Source: Calditrichia bacterium (GTDB lineage: Bacteria; Calditrichota; Calditrichia; JAJRVZ01). Taken from it: a stretch of DNA of 64,000 nucleotides. The position numbers and the translations under genes are program-made. Each line of letters opens with the position of its first letter. The stretch's first letter is position 1. Positions 30,236-41,326 of this stretch are shown piece by piece. The notes beneath the pieces are model-generated. The model saw only the letters and a list, made by a program, of their open reading frames with translations. It did no database searches and was not told the origin of the DNA. The DNA is taken from assembly GCA_963796965.1 (NCBI GenBank), contig CAWCNS010000005.1, forward strand, positions 736,001 through 800,000, given 5' to 3'.

Positions 30236-30302
30236 ATGTTTAAAATTTTCTTTGCTCCTTAGCGTCTTTGCGAGAGAAATATTTATGATTGTCGAACAAA
30301 GG

Positions 30303-33300
30303 CTAATCAGATAAGTATGCAAGTATATTAAACAACAACCTTGCCGCCACCGGATCCTTCTCCGCCTGGTTTAATTCCATCTCAGATGCGATAATTTTTC
30401 CTTTTCCTTCTTCAAATTCAACCAGAGGATACCCGGTCATTTCATATAATTGATAGGTTGGATTTCCCAGATAGACATGCGGTCGTAGAAATGTCACCAA
30501 TTTGCTGATATTCTTTTCGCTTCGAAATCTATAGGATCTCCGGCAGGCCCTGGGTTTCTCACGACCATTCATCTGCCACCAGGCCAATTCATTACTTTCT
30601 AATCCTGAAAAGACCGGGTGTTCTGGAATTCTCATATTAGTAATTCGCCCCTTCCGCTCATAAATGGATTCAACCTCATAATAATAGAGCCACTTAAGAT
30701 GCTTGCCAGGGTGAATAAGTAAGGTATTCAATCCATTTCCGGCCATACGTCGGACATCCTCCCAACTATAGGGCACCTCATTGTCCGAGTCCAGATTAGC
30801 GACAACGAGAACATCCATTTCTCTTGTTCTAATCTCAGTTAAATCCTTTAAAGTAAAAAAGGAGACACCAAATAAATCGAATATCCGTTTTGTCTCGCCA
30901 GTTAGATCAAACAAGCCAATTTTCTTTTCCTTTAATAAGGCAATGTCCTTCGTCCATTCATTACTACTCACTAATATGTCATAAACATTTGTGCTAATCT
31001 GTTCATCATTTTCGTACAGCGTTAACTCGAGGGCACAATTTACTTTTGAAACAGGAAGTTTATCAGGCAGATCAATTCTAATTTTCTTTCCCTTTGAAGC
31101 GTAATAGGGTGTGTTCTCAAACTCATCTTCACCCTTACTAAGCACCTTGTCTGCCAAGGTGATTTTCCAGGATAATTTAAGATTAGTCAGGTCACCACGA
31201 GTTAGATCATGATGAACAATATATACCAGCGGTTCGATTGTGGAACCTGTCCAGAAATGACGCCCAAATAATTCTGCACTTACCAGGACCGGTTTGAAGG
31301 CATTTTCTACGGCTGCATAAACCGGGTAAGGTTCAATCTTATCGGTGTTCCATACATTGCGGAACCAACAGGTGTTGGCAAACAACAGGAATCCTGCCGT
31401 TTCGGGTGCTGTACGGCGAATTACTTCCGCTAATTCCTTTGTCATAAATGCATGCCGTTCTAATCCATAGGCCGGATCATGGTCTTCCCATGCCCAGTCA
31501 CCAACAAATGCCTGGGGCACATGATGTTTCTCTATATATTTTCTCGTAAAATGCCCTTCATCATTATTGGGGTAGCCGGTTGATACTTCCTGTGAAAAAA
31601 AAGGACGATCAGGATTGGCTCCGGGCGTCCAATAGATCCGCCGGGTCCATTCACCCTCATAGATTTGAAAAAAGTCCCGGTTGTACCAGTTAAAATAGAT
31701 ATGGCGGTCATCCAAATCGCCATCATCAATGCCATGTGGTTTGAGGTTCTGCTCATAATCTTCTGGCAAACGGTCATATCCCGAATCGGCACTAATGGGA
31801 AGACCGGGAATAATTTTCCGTACCTCCTTTATAACATCTGAAAGATATTGCCATTTCTTGAGTCGCACATCTTTGGGATCATTATGATAAAACATGGTGA
31901 AATACATTTCGTTATTCATCGTCCATACCAGAAGAGAGGGATGGTTTCGGTATTTTCGCGCCAGGGCGATGGTTTCTTCTTTCCAGACATCCAGCAATTC
32001 CTGGGAGGGCATATTGTTGATCATCAACCAGGGCCATGTACCCTCAAAACTAACGCCCACACCCTGCCTGTCAGCTGCCTTCATCCATGGTGTGGTAAAA
32101 CTCCCATGCGTGCGGGTAACCATTTGATTCCCATCATGCATGAGTTTCATCAGATGATTGGCCAGATTGGCATCATTTATGGCAATCGCACTTGGCAAAT
32201 GATTGGCGCCACGCATAAAATAAGGTTTGCCGTTCAGATGAACTTTATTACCGACAACTTCAATCTTGCGGAATCCAAAAGTAAGTTTTTGTTGATCACA
32301 TATCTTTCCATTTATAGATGCCTTTACCTGCAGATTATAAAGATTTGGTGTTTCTGGTGACCATAGTTTGGGATCCAGGTTATCCACTTTAAAGATGATT
32401 TTGTTTTCATCGCCGGGTGCTAATTCAACTTTATTTGGCTTTTCAGATTTATAAAAAAGTTTCTCTTTGTCTCCCCTTATCTCCATTTCTGCTGTAATTT
32501 CTTTGGGTTGATAACCCTGATTTTTCAAAGAGATCTCAAATTCTCCCCCATCCATTCTGGTATTCACATATATATTCTGGATAAATACGGGATTGGTAAC
32601 AACAGAGCTTTGCCGGTTGCCAGATCCCTCCTTCGGTACCTTGGAACATCCCATGGGGTAAGGAATTAAGCATGTCATTGGTAATATCTACCGTAACTGC
32701 CCGGGCAACGGTTTGGTTCGCGTCACTATCCGCTTCAAATTTTCTTACCTTAACATTAACCGCAATAAGGTTTTTTCCGGGTTTCACAAAAGAAGTAATA
32801 TCAAGATCAAAATCAGCAAACATGCCCACATGTCCCCCTGCATAATGTCCATTCACATAGACTTCTGCAACTTTTGAGACGGCATCAAAATGCAGTTTAA
32901 AGATTTTTCCTTTTAAATCATCCGGTAGGATAATCCACTGACGATACCAGGCCGCATGGGTGTTTTTCCAATCGAACGTATAAGCATTGCATCGCTCTAA
33001 TTCCTTCTCACCATAATTATCGGAGACACCACTCGTGGGTGAATCTAACCCTTTTTCCCAGCCGTACATCCAGTTACTAACCGGATTCCAGAACTGAGGC
33101 ACCGGCATCAGATGCCACATTTCATCCTCTTTATCCGGATTATAGGCCTCATTATAATTCACCCCAGATTCAGGCATAAACAACCATGGCCCATTTAATT
33201 CTACTTCTGTTCTACCAACTGAAAGTTGTTTAACCCAAACGGATTTATAGGTAAGACGATTTTCTTTCCTGGCCGCCTCCCTTTTCACGCTTCGCTTTTC

Positions 33301-33933
33301 TCTTTTCTCTCCTCTCTCTTTGGCTATCTCCATTTTTTCAAAGGTGTCAACATCATCATCAGAGAGATGTTTTACCTGAAGATTTCTATATTCTGTCCTG
33401 ATCCACCCCCCGCCAATATACGCAGAACCTTCAACCAGAGGATCATCGTCGATGGCTACGATTCTTGGGAGAGATTCGTCGCCAATAAAAATCAGAATTT
33501 TTTCCTTTAGTTTGACCATCCGCATCTTGTACCAGTCATTGATTTGAGGTTGGAAATTCAAGGGATGAAGTGCGAGCAATTTCTCCTTCCCCAATGTTTT
33601 TCTCCGCCGTAGAAACAGATCGTCATTATTTCCACCACGCAAACCGAGCATATAACGGTTGTCCCTGTTTACCATTCCAATTCCAGACCAGATCTGCACC
33701 TGATTCTCATCAGGTAAGGCCCGGGCTTCAAAAGAAAATTCAAATGCGCCCCGGATTGTATCTTTGCTTCGGAGGATACAATCCTTGATGATCACAGATT
33801 CCGAATACCATAACACCTCACCTCTTCCAATAATTGTAAAATCCGCAGGATCGATACCTGGTCCCCCTGCAATTGACATAGATGAGATAATGATTTGAAC
33901 CCAAATAATTGTGATTTTGGCAAGTTTTTTCAA
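30303..33933 (-). CDS. Large GH2-family glycosidase, frameshifted at about 32605 (joins 32536..33933 and 30303..32678)
   Basis: LNGPWLF, WYRQ, LHFDAV..VYVNG, GGIWQP, LWSPETPNLY, FGFR, LNGKPYFMRG, RNHPS..WTMNNE. Removing one base gives GGIWQPAKLVVTNPVFI. Confidence 0.85.
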
Positions 33934-33961
33934 TATTCAACATCCTAATCTAAAAAATGAG

Positions 33962-34055
33962 TCCACGAATCACATAAATTAGCACGAATTCCTATAGCCA
34001 TTAAAGGTAAGTTTTTCTTTTATATAATTAGTGGAAATTCGTGAAATTCGAGGAT
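33962..34055. repeat. CCACGAAT-family inverted-repeat element (inner arms only)
   Basis: TCCACGAATCACATAAATTAGCACGAATT ... AATTAGTGGAAATTCGTGAAATTCGAGGA. Confidence 0.65.
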
Positions 34056-34061
34056 ATTATT

Positions 34062-35412
34062 TTACTTATCTTTCATGAGTTCAGCATCTAATAATTTTTG
34101 TAATCTTGTTAAAACATCTGGTTGATCAGAAGCCAGGTCGGTTTTTTCGTAGGGATCCTCAGCAAGATTATATAATTCGACCGCTATCCCCTTGTCCGGT
34201 ATGACCATTTTCCAATCTCCCTCACGCAAAGCAATTCTACCAGGATCTTCTTTATCCCCTCCCCAATGCCAATAAAACAATCGGGGGTTCTCATATCTAT
34301 TTTGAGCACCTGTGATTAGAGGCCAGATATCCCGGCCGTCCCAGTTTAATTCCTCCGACGATTTATAGCCGACGAGATTACTGAGTGTTGATATCCAATC
34401 AATAGCATGAACCGGAGAGGAGACCCTGTATTGATTTAATGTTTCTTTCCAATAAACAAATGCCGGTACACGCATGCCGCCTTCATAGACGGTTACTTTG
34501 CCCCCACGCAAAGGCAGGTTTGAACTAAATCCTTTTTTTAATGCCGGGTCGGGTTCGGGGTAATTTCCTCCACCATAAGTCATATGGATACCGCCATTAT
34601 CTGAGAAAAAGATGAATAAAGTATTTTCTATCTGACCGCTTTTTTTAACAGCTTCTATAATCCTACCCACCGAATAGTCCAGATGTGATAATGCGGCCGC
34701 CATTAAACGCCGGTCTTGGTCTTGTATATGATCATTGAGATTGAGCCATTTTTCTGATTCAACCAGGGGCGTATGCACTGTATGAAAAGGAACATATATA
34801 AAATAAGGATTTTGCAATTTATCGATCCACTTCACGACCTGATCGGTACATAGATCGGTGGCATGCCCTTCCTCTTCCATATAGACATCGTTATAATGCC
34901 AGGTTCGGGAATATTTAGGACTGCTCAGTCGATAGCGGTGATCATACATCCCTACCGCCCCGGCGAAAGAGCCATGCGAATGATTGAATCCATATTTTAA
35001 TGGCCCCCACTCCGGCAAAGAACCCAGGTGCCATTTTCCACTGATGGCTGTTTCATAACCTACTTCACTTAAAACATTAGCTAATGTCACCGTGCCAAAT
35101 GGAAATGCCTGGTCATTTGAATGCGGTTGTGCAATGACGGCCAAAGCGGTTTGGATAGCGGCCTGTCATCAGGGCTACCCGCGTGGGCGTGCATTGCGGC
35201 TGTACATAATAACGGTCTAGTTCTACACCCTCTTCTGCCAGACGGTCCAGGTTAGGCGTTTTTATTTCCGGATTATGATAGCCAATATCGTTCCAACCCA
35301 TGTCATCGGCAACCAGGAGAATAATATTTGGTTTGGCCGGTTTATCACAAGCGACTATCTGCAAAAGGAAGAGGATAATGAATAATGCCACCAAAGAATT
35401 AAGATTTCGCAT
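34062..35412 (-). CDS. Arylsulfatase (S1, Cys type), lipoprotein, frameshifted at about 35120
   Basis: AGGAG SD, MRNLNSL..IVAC, PNIILLVADDMG, CTPTRVALMTG, GKWHLG, SDNGG, YEGGMRVP. Removing one T gives RHCTTASNDQAFP. Confidence 0.85.
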
Positions 35413-35438
35413 AAATTCTCCTAATGATAATATTTTTT

Positions 35439-35608
35439 TCTCACGCAAAGTCGCGAAGACGCAAAGAAAAATCCATCCACGAATTACACTAATTAGAACG
35501 GATTTCACGAATTAAAATATTTTTTTAATATTAGAGAAAAGAATTAGTGAAATTCGTATAAATTCGTGTAATTAGTGGAAAAAATCCCTTCACGCCTTTG
35601 CGTGAAAA
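35439..35608 (-). repeat. About 170-bp composite MITE-like element, copy A (inverted relative to B and C)
   Basis: Outer arms CACGCAAAG..CTTTGCGTG; inner arms CCACGAATTACACTAATT..AATTAGTG; AT-rich core. Its reverse complement aligns by eye with 37931-38094 and 46271-46440. Confidence 0.8.
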
Positions 35609-35631
35609 TTGAAACTTGGTTTACTAAAGCC

Positions 35632-37908
35632 CTACTTCTCAAATAGATTGACAATATCCTGTTCCCTGGATTTGGGTGAAACAATAAGATCCTGAAGTTT
35701 TCCATTTTGCACGCTGCCCTGGATAACCGTTTTATAGGGCGCATAGACTTTGAATTCACAATTCCAATCTTTTGGCCAGGCTGGTAGCAGATAGATCTTT
35801 TTTGAATAAGGATCAGCCTGAATCAACATGGACTGAAAAGCCTTCATCTGAACACCTCCATGATCCTGGTCGGGCACCCAATCGTAATTTGGTCCCCAGA
35901 AAGCCGGAAACCGCGAATCCTCATGATAGGTCTTTGAGCGATCTACCAGGAATTGTTTCGCCTCTTCTGTCATACCCATATAGGCCATAAAAATGTCATC
36001 CTGGCGCCAGCCAAATGATCCTTTATCCCAACGATGTTCCAACGCGTTTTTCCCCCATTCAAGATTTGGTTGCCCCAAACCTACTAACCTGAAGGGAAAA
36101 ACAGCATATAAAGACGGATTTTCCACGTTTCGTTTATTTTCATATCTATCTGCTGGAGCCAGGGCTTTTCCTGAAGGTGTATCCCGTAAGGGTAAGTCTG
36201 GCAGTGTTTCCAGAAATGCGGTCCAGTAATCTCTCTCATTTTCAGATGTAAGATTATCCGCAAGGAGTAATAACCGTCTGGTGATGGCTTGTAGACCAGC
36301 TATTTCTGGCAATGAATTGGTACAGTCCCACCAGGTTTCCAAGGATTGTGATGGATACATAACCAATTTACCTTTTTCATTGGTCTTATAGTACTGATCA
36401 AAAAAACCAATCACCGCATTAGCCACAGGAAGCACTTTTTCATTTAGAAAAGAGTTATCCAGCGTATAATCATAATAATCCAGCATCATAAAGACAAGTT
36501 CCGGGCCAGCCACCCACTCCCACTTATGCCAGCCACCTACCTGTAACTTGTCCGCACGCTCCTCGTAGGGTTCCCAGCCATAGGTGGAAGTGAATACAGA
36601 GCCCCAGAAATACATACATTCCGGAAAATAGGCTCCGTCAATGTCAAAATACTTTTTTGTACGGTACTTACTGGTTTTGAAGATCTCTCCTGTATAGAGA
36701 TCAAAGAAAGGCTGAATCAGATCATGATCGCCAGCGGTGCACATACTCAGATAAGGCAGGCGGGTGTTCTGCCACCAGTACCCAGGCCCCCATCTTCTAT
36801 AATCAGCATTGCCCGGTTTGTCCGGATAAGGAACTGTAAATAACGATCCATTAAATTTAATCGGATAACGGCCCCGACCCACACAGGCTTCCACAAAACG
36901 TTGGAGTACATATGCACGTGAAACAATAAAAGCATCACTTTGAATATCTATTCCTTCGCTTCCTACCTGGCTGGCCTGGATCCAGCTCCTCTGCCAGAAT
37001 TCCTGCCACCAGGCTTCATGTTCTGCCAATCGATCCTCTATAGAAGTGGGCTCTGTTTTCTCAATGATCGTTGAAATTTCCGCCTGCCATTCTTTTGCTG
37101 TGGAAGGATGTTTTGTATGAATATAAACATTAAGGTGACCAGTCTTTGCCTTGCCCGTTACCAAAGTCGTATCATTAATCCTCTTTGAATCAGAACCGGA
37201 AATAATCGCACCAAATGTGCGATGCAGAATGGGATCTTCCTTTAAATACTCGGACAACCCTTGCAATTTATTGGTTAAATCAAATCCGATGGATTTAGCA
37301 TTGTGATGATACCACCCTATCTGATTTTCTAAATTATCAAGAACCATATCCGGCTCAACAATAACCGGTTGATGCAGGGAACCTGGTTTTGATCGGTCTT
37401 CCAAAAGGTCACTAACACCCAATTCAGGCAATGCGTCAGGTTTTTTTCGCCATAATTCGATAGTCGCTTTCATCTGGCGCGGCTCTGAGCTTTCCTGGTT
37501 AATAGTGACCACAGAATTATACGCATCCACCCAGACTAAAAATTTTGACTCTTTGTCTTTACTTTTGGTGCTAATTCGTATTGAACCTGTCTCCAGATCC
37601 AACTCTTGTCTGAAAGATGAGCCAGGCTGAACTAAAGGCGGGTCACAGGTTACCCGTACTTTTCCAACCTTCAACAGACGCCCATTATCCCCCCAGGAAT
37701 CTGTTCGACCAATATAAAAACAAAGATCCCCATTTTCCTCAACCCAAACATTAAGACCAGTACTCCCATTCCCAATGGGCATGGAGCCATGATGATCTTT
37801 GCTGGGAGAGTCCCAGACAATGTTATATAGGTTCGTTTGGCTTCTTGACTCGGCACCACATCCGATCATCAGGGCGATTGCAAAGATCAATCCTATTGTT
37901 TTTATCAT
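35632..37908 (-). CDS. DUF5703 / GH95-like six-hairpin glycosidase; lipoprotein
   Basis: SMPIGNG, PIKFNGSLF, DYRRWG..YWWQNTR, PSQSLETWW, FPAFWGP..DWVPD.DHGG, LLPAWP; start MIKTIG..MIGC after GGGAG. Confidence 0.78.
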   Translation of the reverse strand: MIKTIGLIFAIALMIGCGAESRSQTNLYNIVWDSPSKDHHGSMPIGNGSTGLNVWVEENGDLCFYIGRTDSWGDNGRLLKVGKVRVTCDPPLVQPGSSFRQELDLETGSIRISTKSKDKESKFLVWVDAYNSVVTINQESSEPRQMKATIELWRKKPDALPELGVSDLLEDRSKPGSLHQPVIVEPDMVLDNLENQIGWYHHNAKSIGFDLTNKLQGLSEYLKEDPILHRTFGAIISGSDSKRINDTTLVTGKAKTGHLNVYIHTKHPSTAKEWQAEISTIIEKTEPTSIEDRLAEHEAWWQEFWQRSWIQASQVGSEGIDIQSDAFIVSRAYVLQRFVEACVGRGRYPIKFNGSLFTVPYPDKPGNADYRRWGPGYWWQNTRLPYLSMCTAGDHDLIQPFFDLYTGEIFKTSKYRTKKYFDIDGAYFPECMYFWGSVFTSTYGWEPYEERADKLQVGGWHKWEWVAGPELVFMMLDYYDYTLDNSFLNEKVLPVANAVIGFFDQYYKTNEKGKLVMYPSQSLETWWDCTNSLPEIAGLQAITRRLLLLADNLTSENERDYWTAFLETLPDLPLRDTPSGKALAPADRYENKRNVENPSLYAVFPFRLVGLGQPNLEWGKNALEHRWDKGSFGWRQDDIFMAYMGMTEEAKQFLVDRSKTYHEDSRFPAFWGPNYDWVPDQDHGGVQMKAFQSMLIQADPYSKKIYLLPAWPKDWNCEFKVYAPYKTVIQGSVQNGKLQDLIVSPKSREQDIVNLFEK

Positions 37909-37930
37909 GTTTTCTCCCAGGTAATTTTTT

Positions 37931-38094
37931 TCTCGCAAAGACGCAAAGGGATTTTTTTCCACTAATTACTCGAATTTAAACGAATTTCACTAATTATATT
38001 TTCTTGTATTTAAAAAAATATTTTAATTCGTGAAATCTGTTCTAATTAGTGTAATTCATGGATAGTTTTTAGACCGTCTTTGCGTTCTCTGCGA
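37931..38094 (+). repeat. About 170-bp composite MITE-like element, copy B
   Basis: TCTCGCAAAGACGCAAAGGGATTTTTTTCCACTAATTACTCGAATT...AATTAGTGTAATTCATGG...CTTTGCGTTCTCTGCGA. Confidence 0.8.
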
Positions 38095-38120
38095 ACTCGG
38101 TGTTTATAAAATCTTCGATA

Positions 38121-39725
38121 TCATCTATCAATAAACGTTGAATTGGCCTTTACCGGTATCTGCAGACTATTTTCCGACTCTGCTCTTTTTCTTTTTTTAT
38201 CGATCATTACTTTAGTCTCACCAGGATTTATATACCACTCACTTTCTTTATGTGCCTCAATAAAAATGTTATGAACTTGCTGGACAATTTTAGGATAATT
38301 ATTAGCAACGTCTGTCTCACAACTTACGTCAGAAGAAGTATCATACAATTCGACTGGCTTTTCAGGATGGGATCTGAATGCGAACCACTTGTTTAACCGA
38401 GATGCTTGCGCATGGGAATTGAATGTACCGTTCTCCCAATATAAATATATATGTTTTTGCTGTTCTGAAGGATTATTGAGAAGTTCAGGTAAAAGACTGA
38501 TTCCATCGGTTTGATATTTGCCTGCTATTCCAGCAAGGTCTGCTGCAGTTTCGAAAAAATCATATAATGCACATAGATGATTAGATTTTCGTGGATGGAT
38601 GTATTTCGTGGAGTAGACAAAAAAGGGGACCCTTACCCCTCCATCTGCACAAATAAACTTCCCTTTATCCCAGGGCCCTTTATTGTGAAAAAGCGGATCA
38701 TCTTCCCAGGCTTTCCTTCCAAAATATCCCCATTGGCTATAACCATTATCCCCGGCGAAAAAGATAACCGTATTCTCAAGGATGCGTAAATCTTCCAGCA
38801 GTTTCAAAATCTCGCCCACATGATCATCCAGATGTTTCATCATGGCCGCCCACTCTTTATGCTTCAAATCCCAGTTTTTCTTTTCATACACCCCCAACTC
38901 TGGTGTAATGAGTGGCCCATGGGGCAATTGTGTCGCATAATATAAAAAGAAAGGACCGTTTGAATTCTCCTGTATAAATTGTAAGGAAGCATGATGAATC
39001 AAATTTTGTGAATTTTTCACCCTGCCCGGATCATCAACCCCCTCAGCCACCAATTTACCATGCTCATTATAACTGTTTTTTACATCTTCAATATTATCCA
39101 CAGGGCGGCTACCATATTGATAGACCTTATTCATGTTAAATCCATGGTTTTCAGGAATAATAATATGCTTATTATTCTCCATCAGAAAATCAGGATAATA
39201 TCCATGTGCCCTTAATTGATCATAAAATCCATAGGAATAATCAAAACCCTGATTATCAGGTATTCCCTCTGTTGCCGGTAAACCAATTCCCCATTTTCCA
39301 GCAAATCCTGTTCTATAACCGGCTTCTTTTAGCACTTCTGCAACTGTAACATCTTCACTTAAAAGATGATCCTGACCCCGCACTGATCGATTTGCCCGGA
39401 TCCGGCAATGCCCCATATGCATCCCCGTCATCAGGCTTGCCCGGGCAGGCGCACATTCCGGCGAACCGGAATAGGCGTTCATAAACATGATCCCACCGGT
39501 TGCCAGGCGATCGATATTTGGTGTTTTAAACATTTTCTGCCCGGTCACGCTAAAATCCCGGTACGAGACATCATCAGAAAAGATAAAAATGATATTTGGT
39601 TTTTCCGGAAGTGATGGACTTTTCCAGCATGCCATTAAACAAGAAACCGCTACACTGAAAACTATTATTCTAAAGATATTATTTATATTAAATATTGGCA
39701 TTCTGATACCGTTATTGAAAATCAA
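38121..39725 (-). CDS. Sulfatase (S1, Cys type); probable lipoprotein
   Basis: PNIIFIFSDDV, ECAPARASLMTG, GKWGIG, GDNG, DGGVRVP. Confidence 0.9.
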   Translation of the reverse strand: MIFNNGIRMPIFNINNIFRIIVFSVAVSCLMACWKSPSLPEKPNIIFIFSDDVSYRDFSVTGQKMFKTPNIDRLATGGIMFMNAYSGSPECAPARASLMTGMHMGHCRIRANRSVRGQDHLLSEDVTVAEVLKEAGYRTGFAGKWGIGLPATEGIPDNQGFDYSYGFYDQLRAHGYYPDFLMENNKHIIIPENHGFNMNKVYQYGSRPVDNIEDVKNSYNEHGKLVAEGVDDPGRVKNSQNLIHHASLQFIQENSNGPFFLYYATQLPHGPLITPELGVYEKKNWDLKHKEWAAMMKHLDDHVGEILKLLEDLRILENTVIFFAGDNGYSQWGYFGRKAWEDDPLFHNKGPWDKGKFICADGGVRVPFFVYSTKYIHPRKSNHLCALYDFFETAADLAGIAGKYQTDGISLLPELLNNPSEQQKHIYLYWENGTFNSHAQASRLNKWFAFRSHPEKPVELYDTSSDVSCETDVANNYPKIVQQVHNIFIEAHKESEWYINPGETKVMIDKKRKRAESENSLQIPVKANSTFIDR

Positions 39726-39743
39726 GGAAGTTTTTTATGTACC

Positions 39744-41280
39744 TTATTTGAGATTTGGCTCAATCCAATCAGGAATTCCGCTTGCTTCTTTCTGTTTGTT
39801 ATATTGAATATGATAGGGTTTTTCTTTCTCCAATGTTTCATTTTCATTGATCATGTAGGGACGTATTTCATTCCACCATTTCTCATAGGCTTTTTGCATT
39901 TCTGCCGCAACTTGTGGATAGGTATCTATTACATTTATTGCATTGGTATGATTCTGCTCCAGGTCATACAATTCGGTACCATGGACCAGGCGGAACCGCT
40001 GGTTGCGAACAGCATAGTTCCTATATTTATATTTATCGGGATTAGATTCTTCTTTGTTCTGAGTAAAAAAGCCACTATTACTTGGAGGTGTCTTAAGATA
40101 TTTTTTCCATCTGCCCGCGTGAAAAAACAGAAAGCGGTCTATCCAAACAGTATCTGATTTCTCAATTAGTGGAAAAAGACTTCTGCCGTCCAGACCATTT
40201 AATTGAGAAATATCTGCGCCTGCCATTTCTGCAAGAGTAGGTAAAATATCAATATGTGCTGCCAGCCTATCAACATCTCTACCTGCCACACTCTTTCCTG
40301 GTAATCGGATAAAAAAGGGAACCCGGGTACCTCCCTCATCTACAGAACCTTTCATTCCCTTCATTCCGGCATTATAAGTTGGACCATGAATAGTGTTTCT
40401 TCCACCGGTGGTTTTCCCATTATCCGACATAAAGATCAACACTGTATTCTCAAGTAATCCCCAGTCATTCAGATTATCTAATAATATTTCTATATTATCA
40501 TCAATATTTTCGATCATGGCATAAAATCCCTGGGCATTTTCAGGATAGCCCTGATCTATAAATTTCTTCTTATATTTTTCAGGTGCTAGCCAGGGGCCAT
40601 GGGGCGCATTGAGCGTCAGATAGGCAAAAAATGGTTTATCTGAATCTCCAGATTCTTTCATCCACGATTGAGCCTGTTTAAAAAAGATATCCGTACAAAA
40701 TCCTTTTGTTTTTACAAATTCCCCATTGTGTCTGATCACTGGGTCAAAATAGGTGTTATTTGGGACATCGGCACAGGATCCCGGATAGGCCTGCCCAATG
40801 CCACCGGCACCGTGAATAAATACTTCATCAAATCCCCGTTGCCCCGGCTGGTAATCATGTTCATCACCCAGATGCCACTTCCCAAATATACCCGTCGTAT
40901 ACCCGGCGGTCTTCAAAACCTCCGCCAGGGTCGTTGTAGAAAGTGCCATACGTTCCCGTTCCAAAATAGTATGCGTAATACCATTTTTAAAGGGGTATTT
41001 TCCAGACATTACAGCAGAACGGGTCGGTGCACAGGTGGGGCTTACATGAAAATTTGTAAACCGTATGCTCTGGTTGCCAAGTTCGTCCAGATTCGGTGTA
41101 CTTACATCTGGACTTCCATGGCATGAGAGATCGCCATAACCCTGATCATCGGTAATCACCAAAAGAATATTGGGTTTATTTTGTGATGACCCGGTACAGG
41201 CAACTAAACCAAGTATCCCAAGCATTGCAATTGCCACGACTTAATCTTAATATGAAGTCATGCTGAATCAATTTATTCAT
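39744..41280 (-). CDS. Arylsulfatase (S1, Cys type), lipoprotein; true start probably 41280 with a frameshift near 41242
   Basis: PNILLVITDDQG, CAPTRSAVMSG, GKWHLG, SDNG. AAGGA SD plus MNKLIQHDFILRL joins VVAIAMLGILGLVAC if one base is removed. Confidence 0.85.
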
Positions 41281-41326
41281 TTATGTTTCCTTTTAACTCC
41301 CAAATAGCTCACTTATCCTGATTAAA

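Noticed and set aside
35413..37962. Upstream starts at 35508 and 37962 given by the ORF track
   Set aside because: The extensions translate the palindromic repeats; SD-preceded starts at 35412 and 37908 give proper signal peptides.
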